Shown here in pieces: positions 1-8,561 of a stretch of 64,000 bases of DNA. The DNA is from Bacteroidales bacterium (GTDB lineage Bacteria; Bacteroidota; Bacteroidia; Bacteroidales; UBA1715). The translations under genes and the position numbers were made by a program. The notes below the pieces were generated by a model, which was not told where the DNA came from, did no database searches, and saw only the letters and a program-made list of their open reading frames with translations. Where the stretch lies: the NCBI GenBank assembly GCA_046482735.1, contig JAWOEL010000130.1:19796-83795 (forward strand), in the 5' to 3' direction. How positions within the stretch are numbered: the first letter of the stretch is position 1; every line of letters starts with the position of its first letter.

Positions 1-420
1 TATATGCTCAATGTGTTCTTTTTCTCGCTTTTTTCCTTTCGGCCCTTGTTTCACCATCTCTGTATATTCCAACACAATTTTTTTATCTGTTACATCCTGT
101 AATATACCGGTACGTTTATCACCATTTTGCATGTGCACACAAACTGTAGTGCCTTTATGTTTCTCATATTGTTTATGCACTTTGAATGGTTGTGTTAACC
201 CTGCCGATGAAACCTGCAATTCAAAATCCTCAACATCTCTGTCTAGTTGTGATTCAATATATTTACTTACATCAACACATGTATCAATATCTACACCTTC
301 AAACGAATCAATACATACTTGTATCACATTTCCCGGGGATACAATAACATCCACAAGAAACATATTTTTCTTGACAATATAATTGTTTACAAGTTTTTGT
401 ATTTCATCTGTTTTTATCAT
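1..420 (-). CDS. rimP: Ribosome maturation factor RimP, N-terminal part only (C-terminus runs off the window start). Not in the supplied ORF track.
   Basis: The reverse complement of 1-420 is open from an ATG (cat at 418-420): MIKTDEIQKLVNNYIVKKNMFLVDVIVSPGNVIQVCIDSFEGVDIDTCVDVSKYIESQLDRDVEDFELQVSSAGLTQPFKVHKQYEKHKG... This matches the RimP core (IYIDS-G-vDDC-DVS ... LEVSSPGLdRPL). The listed + ORF 11-382 is its antisense shadow. Confidence 0.85.
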   Translation of the reverse strand, partial: MIKTDEIQKLVNNYIVKKNMFLVDVIVSPGNVIQVCIDSFEGVDIDTCVDVSKYIESQLDRDVEDFELQVSSAGLTQPFKVHKQYEKHKGTTVCVHMQNGDKRTGILQDVTDKKIVLEYTEMVKQGPKGKKREKEHIEHI

Positions 421-431
421 GCAACATATTT

Positions 432-460
432 ATAAAAAATTAGGGGACTCTGTCCCCTAA
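432..460 (-). terminator. Intrinsic-terminator-like hairpin in the rimP leader (candidate attenuator)
   Basis: On the minus strand TTAGGGGAC-AGA-GTCCCCTAA (9-bp GC-rich stem, 460->440) is followed directly by TTTTTT (439->434). It ends 13 nt before the rimP ATG. Confidence 0.5.
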
Positions 461-487
461 CCAACCTCTAACTGTTAATAATCAATG

Positions 488-518
488 CAAAAGTAAAAAA
501 ATATATTATATTCACAAA
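488..518 (-). promoter_or_regulatory. Bacteroidota-type promoter for rimP (-33 TTTG / -7 TAnnTTTG)
   Basis: On the minus strand TTTG (518->515) and TACTTTTG (495->488) are separated by 19 nt, matching the Bacteroides -33/-7 consensus and spacing (19-21). Confidence 0.45.
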
Positions 519-714
519 TTATGTGTCTTTTTTTTATTACTTTCGTAGTTAATAATGTTCGTCTTTAAAGTCTGAATTTTTACATACTACTCAATACAAA
601 ATATACATTTTCAATACATACATTGGTCTAATTATATTTTGTATGTACTTTAAAATTTAATCTTTATACAACAAACACGTATTACAGTATAATCGGAATA
701 TAACTAAATTTTAT

Positions 715-2097
715 ATGAATTTTCAACATTTTTTATGGATTTATTTTTTATTGCTATTTCATAGCTGCTCTGCCTCAAAAACATCATATCCAATAGATTT
801 TCACATAGAAGGTTTTCCTAATCAGGAAATATACATTGCACAAATACAGGGTGATGCATACTCAATTGTGGACACTGTAACCTCAGATGAACAGGGTGTT
901 TTTTCAACTTCATTACCCTCCGACACACCTATTGGTATGTACAGTTTTTTGTTTCCACAATTACAAAATGTCGAAATCCCCTTTATTTTTAACAAAGAAC
1001 CTAAAATTTCTTTTTCGGCACATATTAAATCGTTAAAAGAATTTGTTTCAATTAATGCGTCGGAAGAAAATAAAACATTTTATTCATTTTCGCGGTTCTA
1101 TTCTCGTTTCACCTCAGATGTTTCCCATCTGCAAGATGTATATGAATCATACTCTCATTCTGACTCCCTTTCTCGCATTGAACAAGAATACAAAAAACGT
1201 ATCCAAGAAGAACAGCAATTTGTACAGGAATTATTGAAAAACAACAAAAACACGTTCGTCTCTCACATCATTCAGGCATCACGAAAACCATATAGTCCAC
1301 ACATTTTACACGGAAAAGAATTGCACACATACACAAAAAAACACTTTTTTGATTATATAGATTTTTCCGACACTTTACTTATACGCACAAATATTCTCAC
1401 AAAAAAAAGCATAGAATATTTAACTCTTTGTTCTCAAGAACAAAGCGAGGAAGAACCATATAAAAAACTTGAAAAAGCTGTTATAACACTTACAGATAAA
1501 GCATTGCCATACCCTCAGATGTATGATTTTATTATTGACTACCTTATATCCGGATTTGAAAAAATGGGCGCTGAAAAAATGGTGAAATTTGTTTCGGAAC
1601 TATACGTACAAGAAAAACAGTGCTCTGCACAAGAAAAATCCACACTAGAACGAAAAGCATTACATCACACGCAAATAGCTACCGGCAACACAATACCGGA
1701 TTTTTCAGTAACAACATTATCCGGCACCACACTTTCTTCAAAAAAATTACACAACAAACCCTACATTCTGATATTTTGGTCTACCTCATGTGGTCATTGC
1801 CAAACTATGATTCCGGATATTGCAAAGTATATGAATAACCATACTTCTACACAGACGGTATTCATTTCATTGGATGAATCACAAAAAAAGTTGAAAAAAT
1901 TTATGGACACACACCCTTCTCTCGCAAAACACTCTATAGTATGTGACGAACAAGGTTGGGACGGCACACTTGCCAAAACATTTTTTATATACGCTACCCC
2001 AACAATTATTATGATACAAAACAATACCATACAGTCGAAACCGCTGGATTTTAATACTTTTAAAAAAAATGTATACAATCTCACAAACACTAACTAA
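715..2097 (+). CDS. TlpA/ResA-like thiol:disulfide oxidoreductase (thioredoxin-fold lipoprotein with long N-terminal domain)
   Basis: Lipoprotein-type signal (LLLFHSC). C-terminal thioredoxin fold with a CxxC active site (ILIFWSTSCGHCQ). Confidence 0.7.
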   Translation: MNFQHFLWIYFLLLFHSCSASKTSYPIDFHIEGFPNQEIYIAQIQGDAYSIVDTVTSDEQGVFSTSLPSDTPIGMYSFLFPQLQNVEIPFIFNKEPKISFSAHIKSLKEFVSINASEENKTFYSFSRFYSRFTSDVSHLQDVYESYSHSDSLSRIEQEYKKRIQEEQQFVQELLKNNKNTFVSHIIQASRKPYSPHILHGKELHTYTKKHFFDYIDFSDTLLIRTNILTKKSIEYLTLCSQEQSEEEPYKKLEKAVITLTDKALPYPQMYDFIIDYLISGFEKMGAEKMVKFVSELYVQEKQCSAQEKSTLERKALHHTQIATGNTIPDFSVTTLSGTTLSSKKLHNKPYILIFWSTSCGHCQTMIPDIAKYMNNHTSTQTVFISLDESQKKLKKFMDTHPSLAKHSIVCDEQGWDGTLAKTFFIYATPTIIMIQNNTIQSKPLDFNTFKKNVYNLTNTN

Positions 2098-2100
2098 TGT

Positions 2101-2472
2101 ATGTATTTCTGGAAAAGTGCCATATGGCTATGCATAATTATATATCTCAGTTTTGCCCCTAAATCAAACTTTGATGCAGATTTACACATTTTTGTTCATC
2201 AAGACAAACTTATTCATATCTGCATGTATGCATTACTTACATTCTTAGTCATAACTGATTTTTCAAAAAAACACCGTTATAATACCATATTAATAAGTAT
2301 CATTCTTTTTTCTACTATTGCAATTAGTATAATTATAGAATATCTACAACCACAAATTTCCAACAGAACCTTCGAAACATACGATATAGCAGCAAACTGT
2401 ATTGGAGCATGCTGCGGTGTTGCTGCTTCTGTTATTTTTCGAAAAAAATATACATTATTTTCACAAAAATAA
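2101..2472 (+). CDS. VanZ-like family membrane protein
   Basis: 123 aa with about 4 TM segments. The DKLIHICMYALLTF motif is typical of VanZ-like proteins. Confidence 0.6.
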   Translation: MYFWKSAIWLCIIIYLSFAPKSNFDADLHIFVHQDKLIHICMYALLTFLVITDFSKKHRYNTILISIILFSTIAISIIIEYLQPQISNRTFETYDIAANCIGACCGVAASVIFRKKYTLFSQK

Positions 2473-2673
2473 ATTCTATGTGCATAATTAAGATTGGTTT
2501 TTACCCATACGTTTAATTTCAACACATTCTTCTCACTTTTTCCACAGCAACAAACTATCATTCGGTTACGCCTCTATCTAAACCAAAAAAATAGATCAAA
2601 CCAAGGTTTACACAATTTTATATACAATTACCATCCGAATTTTATATCTTTGTTGCATATAAATACATACTGT

Positions 2674-3384
2674 ATGGATTGTATAATTCTAGATGACGAC
2701 AAATTAACCTGCACAATTATAGAAGAATTCATTGCAAAAACTGAAGGATTACATCTCAAAAAAACCTTTACCAACCCAATTGAAGCACTTAATTCTGTCG
2801 AAATAACAAGCACGGTTCAACTTATTTTTTTAGACATGGAAATGCCTGAAATGCATGGTATTGAATTTCTCAAAACAAGCATTCACATTCCACAAGTAAT
2901 TGTTATTTCCAGTTCAAAAAACTATGCACTCGATGCCTTTGATGTAAACGCTACAGATTTTTTACTCAAACCTATTTCATATCATCGGTTTTTACAAGCA
3001 ATTCAAAAAGCCAGACATCAACATCACGAAGAAAAATCGCATATTGATACTATTACGAATAATGCATTCTTTTTCAAAAAAAAGAATGTGTTTTATAAAG
3101 TTTTATCGCAAGATATTATTTGGTTAGAATCCAATGATAATTACACAAACGTAATTACCAAAGACAATATTTTTATAGTAAACAACACACTTAAATCATT
3201 TGAGAAAACACTATCTTCTAAAAATTTTATACGCACTCATCGAAAATATATTATAAATCTCCAATTTCTTTCACGTATAGAAGACAACCATTTATTTATG
3301 GAATATAAAGGAAAAGTCACATCTATACCTTTTAGCAAAACATATAAAAATGCTCTTTTAAATTCAGCTATTTCTTTTAAATAA
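2674..3384 (+). CDS. LytTR-family response regulator (receiver + LytTR DNA-binding domain)
   Basis: Receiver motifs (MDCIILDDD, FLDMEMPEMHG, DFLLKP) and a C-terminal LytTR-like segment (FIRTHRKYIINLQF). The track start 2494 adds 60 non-receiver residues, so I chose the ATG at 2674. No kinase is adjacent. Confidence 0.75.
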   Translation: MDCIILDDDKLTCTIIEEFIAKTEGLHLKKTFTNPIEALNSVEITSTVQLIFLDMEMPEMHGIEFLKTSIHIPQVIVISSSKNYALDAFDVNATDFLLKPISYHRFLQAIQKARHQHHEEKSHIDTITNNAFFFKKKNVFYKVLSQDIIWLESNDNYTNVITKDNIFIVNNTLKSFEKTLSSKNFIRTHRKYIINLQFLSRIEDNHLFMEYKGKVTSIPFSKTYKNALLNSAISFK

Positions 3385-3406
3385 TTACTACATTTACAAA
3401 AAAAAT

Positions 3407-4597
3407 ATGCATACTCAACGACAATTATTTTCGCAATTATTAGGACAAACATCACCCGAACCTCTTTCTCTCGAAGTAGAGCATGCTCGGGGAGTATATA
3501 TGTACACTCCACAAGGAGACAATGTAATAGATATAATATCAGGAGTTTCTGCCAGCAATTTAGGTCACACTCATCCAAAAATTGTAGCAGCAGTAAAAGA
3601 ACAAGCCGAAAAATATATGCACTTAATGGTATATGGTGAAATAATTCAATCACCACAAGTGCAACTGGCAAAACTCGTACTTTCATTACTGCCAGATTCT
3701 ATTTCATCACTTTTTTTAGTTAATTCCGGCAGCGAAGCAGTAGAAGGAGCGTTGAAACTAGCCAAACGCGTTACCGGTCGTCCGAAAATAATATCAACTC
3801 ACAATGCCTACCACGGAAGTACTCACGGTGCTTTAAGTGTATTAGGAAACGACTATTTCAAAGAGAATTACAAACCGCTTCTTCCGGACGTTCATTTTAT
3901 ACATTACAACAATCACGAAGATTTACAGGAAATTGACACAAACACGGCCTGCGTTATTATAGAACCTGTTCAAAGCGAAGCAGGCATCATAATTCCCGAT
4001 AATTCATATTTACAAGCCTTACGTAGAAAATGTACCGAAACAGGAACCTTACTGATTTTTGACGAAGTACAAAACGGATTTGGCAGAACCGGAAAAATGT
4101 TTGGATATCAACATTCAGAAGTTGTTCCCGACATTATATGCTTTGCCAAAGGACTAGGTGGCGGCATGCCCATAGGTGCCTTTGCAGCATCAAAAGAACA
4201 CATGGACACATTCAGCCACAATCCTGTACTTGGGCATATAACTACTTTTGGAGGTCATCCGGTTTCTGCAGCAGCAGCATTAGCAAACGTACATGAATTA
4301 GTAACCAATACAGAACTTATAACAGAGATTCCTGAAAAAGAAAAACTGTTTAAAGATTTACTTCTTACACATCCACGTGTACAATCTATAAGAAGCAGAG
4401 GATTATTTATGGCTGTAGAATTAGATTCCCCACAATCCGTAGTTAAACTTATACAAACAGCACTCAAACACGGAGTTTTAACCGATTATTTTTTATTTTG
4501 TGAAACACATTTCAGAATAGCACCACCTCTCATTATTACACATGATGAGATTCGTGAAGCATGTGAAAGATTACATAAAGCTCTCGATGAATTGTAA
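3407..4597 (+). CDS. Class-III PLP-dependent aminotransferase (acetylornithine/ornithine aminotransferase-like)
   Basis: NSGSEAVEGALKLA, LIFDEVQNGFGRTGKMF and FAKGLGGGMP (PLP-lysine context) are typical of aminotransferase class III. Confidence 0.8.
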   Translation: MHTQRQLFSQLLGQTSPEPLSLEVEHARGVYMYTPQGDNVIDIISGVSASNLGHTHPKIVAAVKEQAEKYMHLMVYGEIIQSPQVQLAKLVLSLLPDSISSLFLVNSGSEAVEGALKLAKRVTGRPKIISTHNAYHGSTHGALSVLGNDYFKENYKPLLPDVHFIHYNNHEDLQEIDTNTACVIIEPVQSEAGIIIPDNSYLQALRRKCTETGTLLIFDEVQNGFGRTGKMFGYQHSEVVPDIICFAKGLGGGMPIGAFAASKEHMDTFSHNPVLGHITTFGGHPVSAAAALANVHELVTNTELITEIPEKEKLFKDLLLTHPRVQSIRSRGLFMAVELDSPQSVVKLIQTALKHGVLTDYFLFCETHFRIAPPLIITHDEIREACERLHKALDEL

Positions 4598-5708
4598 AAA
4601 AGCACTCTTACTCTTATTTTTTGTTTATACATATACTACCGGTTTTACCCAAATAAAACCCGTATCGGACAGCCTTATAGAGAAAAAAAATATTATTGAC
4701 AAAACCCTTGATTTATTTGAATATAACGCAGGCAGAGTGTCAATAAGTGTTTACCCCCTTATGAGCCTCGATCCCGGAAGCGGATGGTCGTTTGGTACAA
4801 TGCCTGTTATAACCATTTCACCAAAAAAAATATCGGATTTTTACCGCCCCACCTCTATTGTTAACCATTTTTCTTATTCCACCGAAAAATGGTTAAACCT
4901 TAAATCAGATGTATTACTATACACACACCATGGTAATGAAATAAAGTTTTTTGTCCAATACACCAGTGCACCAGACAAATTTTATGGTATTGGCCAAACA
5001 AAACGAAATTATGAACCGACAACATACTCTCTCAAAGAATTTAAGATTCGTGGAAACATATCAAAAGATATCACCAAATCTTTATACATCGGCTTAATAC
5101 TCGATATATCACACATAGAAATTTCAGGAATCGAAAGTTTTTCGCAAAAAAACAATTTTATTGGAGGTGCCGGTCCGCAAATATCCTATGACACGAGAGA
5201 TAATATAAATTATCCATCACAAGGAATATATATTGCAAGTAATGCAATGTGGTTTCCACCCACAATTACCGACGGATATGAATTTGGGACACTCGAACTT
5301 GATATACGAAAATATCATACACTCTATAAAGACATTATTGGAGCAATACAATTATTTAACGGATTTTCACAAGGAGACACTCCGTTTTATTATTTATATC
5401 AACTTGGTGGCAAAACACGAATGAGGGGTATTTCTAACAAAAACTTATACATCAACAATAATTCTGTATATCTGCAAGGAGAACTTCGCAAACATGTGTG
5501 GAATAGATTTGGATTTGCTGTTTTTGGCGGACTAGGAAACGCCTACTCTTCAATAAACACATTTGAACCAGCTCACACAAAATATATTTATGGTGCAGGT
5601 TTACGATTCCAAACAAACAAACGCGACAAACTAAATTTGCGAATTGATTATGGTCGGGGAAGCTATAATGATTCCGGAATATACATAACTATGCGAGAAG
5701 CATTTTAA
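4587..5708 (+). CDS. Omp85/BamA-TamA-like outer-membrane beta-barrel (bacterial surface antigen family)
   Basis: Signal peptide from the ATG at 4587 (MNCKKALLLLFFVYTYTTGFTQ). Alternating beta-strand pattern with YGAGLRF and a C-terminal aromatic residue (...MREAF). It overlaps the upstream stop by 11 nt. Confidence 0.6.
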   Translation: MNCKKALLLLFFVYTYTTGFTQIKPVSDSLIEKKNIIDKTLDLFEYNAGRVSISVYPLMSLDPGSGWSFGTMPVITISPKKISDFYRPTSIVNHFSYSTEKWLNLKSDVLLYTHHGNEIKFFVQYTSAPDKFYGIGQTKRNYEPTTYSLKEFKIRGNISKDITKSLYIGLILDISHIEISGIESFSQKNNFIGGAGPQISYDTRDNINYPSQGIYIASNAMWFPPTITDGYEFGTLELDIRKYHTLYKDIIGAIQLFNGFSQGDTPFYYLYQLGGKTRMRGISNKNLYINNNSVYLQGELRKHVWNRFGFAVFGGLGNAYSSINTFEPAHTKYIYGAGLRFQTNKRDKLNLRIDYGRGSYNDSGIYITMREAF

Positions 5709-5779
5709 ACAAGAAATTATATATTTTATACTGTAGCTCATAAAAAAATTGTATTTTCGTTAAAAATAAATAAAAAGAA

Positions 5780-8260
5780 ATGAATATGAATATGAACAAT
5801 CTAATAAAAATATTTAAGCCTACTATTTTTTGTTTAGCTGTTATACTTGCTTTTTTTATTTCTACTCTTATATATTTTTCACCATTATTGGAAGGCAAAC
5901 AATTACAACAACATGATATTGTACAATACAAAGGCATGTCAAAAGAATTGCGAGACTACCGAAAAGAAACAGGAGAAGAAGCAATTTGGACAAACTCTAT
6001 GTTTAGTGGAATGCCCGGATATCTCATATCTACAAAATATGATAATTTAATTAAAAAAACATTTACTCCATTAAAAAACGACATGAAACACCCGAATATT
6101 CAGGCATTCATGTATTTTTTATGCTTTTTTATTGCATTATTACTACTCAAGATTCCTATTGGGCTCAGCATGTTAGGAGCACTCTTTTACGGATTTTCGT
6201 CCTATTTTTTTATAATTATTGATGCCGGTCACTATACAAAATCGCTCGCTCTAGGTTATATGCCGGTCATTATAGCAGGTGTGGTAGCAACATACAAAGG
6301 AAATAAATGGCTTGGCTCTGTGTTATTTGCCTTTTTTCTTTCACTACAATTAACTACCCAACACTTTCAGATAACATACTATACTGTACTAATAATTTTA
6401 TTTTTTGTATTGATTTATGGCTATAAAAAATTCAAAACCAAAGAATTTATCGAATCATTCATAAAACCTTCATTATTTCTTCTTGTTGCCGTATCATTTG
6501 CCGCATTATCAAATATTAGCACCTTGTACATGACCTATGATTATGGAAAAGACACTATGCGAGGAGAGTCTGAACTGTCTCATAACAAAGCGGACAAAAC
6601 AAGCGGACTTAATAAAAGTTATGCTCTTTCGTATAGTTACGGAATTGATGAAACATTTAACTTACTTATACCAAATTATAAAGGTGGTGCATCGCAAGGA
6701 GAATTGCCCGATGATTCTCACATGGAAAAAGCTCTGAAGCAAAACAGAGTTCCTCAAAATCAAATACAAGGCATGACTAAGCAGGCACCTTTATATTGGG
6801 GAGACCAATCTTCTACATCAGGGCCTGTATACATTGGTGCTGTTGTTATCTTTTTATTCATCTTTGCCCTTTTCATTGTCACCGGTCCTGTTAAATGGTG
6901 GCTCCTTTCTGCTACAATATTCTCAATTATGGTGGCATGGGGGAATAATTTTATGATGTTGTTAGATCCAATGCTTGATTATCTTCCGGGATTCAACAAA
7001 TTCAGAACAGTATCAATGATTTTGGTTATTGCCCAGTTTTGTATTCCTCTTCTCGCAATATTCGGATTACAAAAATTCTTTTATCAAAACTCTCCTGAAA
7101 ATAAAAAAGACTTGTTCAAAAAACTGCAATACAGTTTATACATAACAGGAGGATTAATTCTTCTATTAATATTTACTGCTGACATGCACTCCTTTAAAGG
7201 AAATGTAGACCAGCAACTACAATCTGCATGGCCAGACTGGCTGATTGATGCATTACGCCAAGACAGAAAAAGCTTGCTTATATCCGATGCTTGGAGGTCT
7301 CTTGGTTTTGTTGTCGCAACATTTGCTGTTCTCACAGCATATCACTACAAAAAAATAACACTCAAAATAGCTATATCTTTTCTTGTTATACTTACCATAC
7401 TCGATTTATGGCAAGTTGATAAACGCTATTTAAATGATGATGACTTTGTAAAAACACGAAAAAATCAACAAAATCAATTGACTCCTACAAAAATTGACTC
7501 TTACATAAAACAAGATACAGCTCTGTACTATAGAGTCATGAATTTTAATAATCCATTTAATGATGCTGTTACCTCATATCATCATAAATCTATTGGTGGT
7601 TATCATGGTGCAAAATTACAACGGTATCAGGATTTAATTGATTTTCATTTAAGCAAAATGAATATGGATGTATTAAATATGCTTAACGCAAAATATTTTA
7701 TAATTCCTGACCGTGAAACCGGCAAAAATCAGGTTCAAAAAAATACTGAAGCTTTAGGAAATGCATGGTTTGTTGAAAAACTATCATTTGTTCCAAATCC
7801 TGATGCAGAAATTGAAGCATTAAACTCATTTAACCCTGCAAAAAAAGCTATTACAGATATAGAATTTAAGGATGATATTTCTGATACTGTTTTTACAGTA
7901 AATTCCTCTGCAAACATAGATTTAACCGAATATGAACCAAACTACTTACGTTATGCGGTTTCAAATAACAATACAGGATTTGCCGTGTTTTCTGAAATAT
8001 ATTATCCGAAAGGATGGAATGCGTATATAGACGGCGAATTCACACCGCATTTTCGAGTAAACTACGTTTTGCGTGCTTTAGAAATACCGGCAGGAAAACA
8101 TATCATAGAGTTCAAATTTGAACCTCGTGCATACTATATAACAAATACTATTTCTTTAATAAGTTCAATTATTCTTATTATAATATTACTCGCTATTTTT
8201 ATTGTTGAAATAAAAAAATACTATGACAAACATAAAGAAACTGTCATAACAGAGCAATAA
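5780..8260 (+). CDS. YfhO-family polytopic membrane protein (GT-C-like)
   Basis: 826 aa. The N-terminal region (LLEGKQLQQHDIVQYKGMSKE...EEAIWTNSMFSGMPGY) resembles Bacteroidota YfhO proteins. There are many TM helices and a C-terminal TM. Confidence 0.65.
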   Translation: MNMNMNNLIKIFKPTIFCLAVILAFFISTLIYFSPLLEGKQLQQHDIVQYKGMSKELRDYRKETGEEAIWTNSMFSGMPGYLISTKYDNLIKKTFTPLKNDMKHPNIQAFMYFLCFFIALLLLKIPIGLSMLGALFYGFSSYFFIIIDAGHYTKSLALGYMPVIIAGVVATYKGNKWLGSVLFAFFLSLQLTTQHFQITYYTVLIILFFVLIYGYKKFKTKEFIESFIKPSLFLLVAVSFAALSNISTLYMTYDYGKDTMRGESELSHNKADKTSGLNKSYALSYSYGIDETFNLLIPNYKGGASQGELPDDSHMEKALKQNRVPQNQIQGMTKQAPLYWGDQSSTSGPVYIGAVVIFLFIFALFIVTGPVKWWLLSATIFSIMVAWGNNFMMLLDPMLDYLPGFNKFRTVSMILVIAQFCIPLLAIFGLQKFFYQNSPENKKDLFKKLQYSLYITGGLILLLIFTADMHSFKGNVDQQLQSAWPDWLIDALRQDRKSLLISDAWRSLGFVVATFAVLTAYHYKKITLKIAISFLVILTILDLWQVDKRYLNDDDFVKTRKNQQNQLTPTKIDSYIKQDTALYYRVMNFNNPFNDAVTSYHHKSIGGYHGAKLQRYQDLIDFHLSKMNMDVLNMLNAKYFIIPDRETGKNQVQKNTEALGNAWFVEKLSFVPNPDAEIEALNSFNPAKKAITDIEFKDDISDTVFTVNSSANIDLTEYEPNYLRYAVSNNNTGFAVFSEIYYPKGWNAYIDGEFTPHFRVNYVLRALEIPAGKHIIEFKFEPRAYYITNTISLISSIILIIILLAIFIVEIKKYYDKHKETVITEQ

Positions 8261-8340
8261 CTCGGAAATAGTCCACAAACAAGCTTTTATTGGCTCTGTT
8301 GTGATTTAATTTATGCCAGAGCCACTTTCCAAACTACTAT

Positions 8341-8398
8341 ACACCATATGTTGCAATCGGACTTATAAGTCTGATTGCAACATACGGTGTGAATTTTT
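8341..8398 (+). terminator. Very long hairpin (about 22 bp, one G-U and one mismatch) plus T-tract. Probable yfhO terminator.
   Basis: ACACCATATGTTGCAATCGGACTT-ATAA-... pairs with AAGTCTGATTGCAACATACGGTGT across 8341-8390, then GAATTTTT follows. Confidence 0.5.
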
Positions 8399-8503
8399 CT
8401 AAAGCCCGTTCGTTCTGTTAGAAAAAACACACGGTATATTAAAAATTATACCTTCAAAACATAAAATTAATCTCGCTATATTTTTTATTTCGGTTATAAC
8501 ATA

Positions 8504-8511
8504 TATTTTTG
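8504..8511 (+). promoter_or_regulatory. Candidate -7 promoter element (TATTTTTG) for the giant T9SS cargo gene
   Basis: TAnnTTTG matches at 8504-8511. The -33 position is only T-rich (no TTTG). The motif overlaps the GTG used as the start in the ORF track, which argues for the ATG at 8562. Confidence 0.3.
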
Positions 8512-8561
8512 TGGGTGATTATACACATATAAATATTTTATCATTTAAACATTACGTAACT

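Noticed and set aside
11-382. Listed + strand ORF (123 aa, Cys/Ser/Thr-rich)
   Set aside because: It is the antisense shadow of rimP, whose translation on the minus strand has clear RimP motifs. The + frame has no recognisable features.
3237-3686. 149-aa minus-strand ORF spanning the LytTR regulator/aminotransferase junction
   Set aside because: It is antisense to two well-supported genes and crosses their intergenic gap. Its composition is Leu-rich, typical of AT-rich antisense frames.
8511-8561. GTG-initiated N-terminal extension of the giant gene, with similar track extensions at 2494, 4542, 14006, 22832, 22838, 34011, 49843 and 54186
   Set aside because: The extensions precede clear signal peptides or canonical N-termini and use GTG/TTG, or they overlap promoter motifs or upstream genes. 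Downstream ATGs give better-supported proteins.
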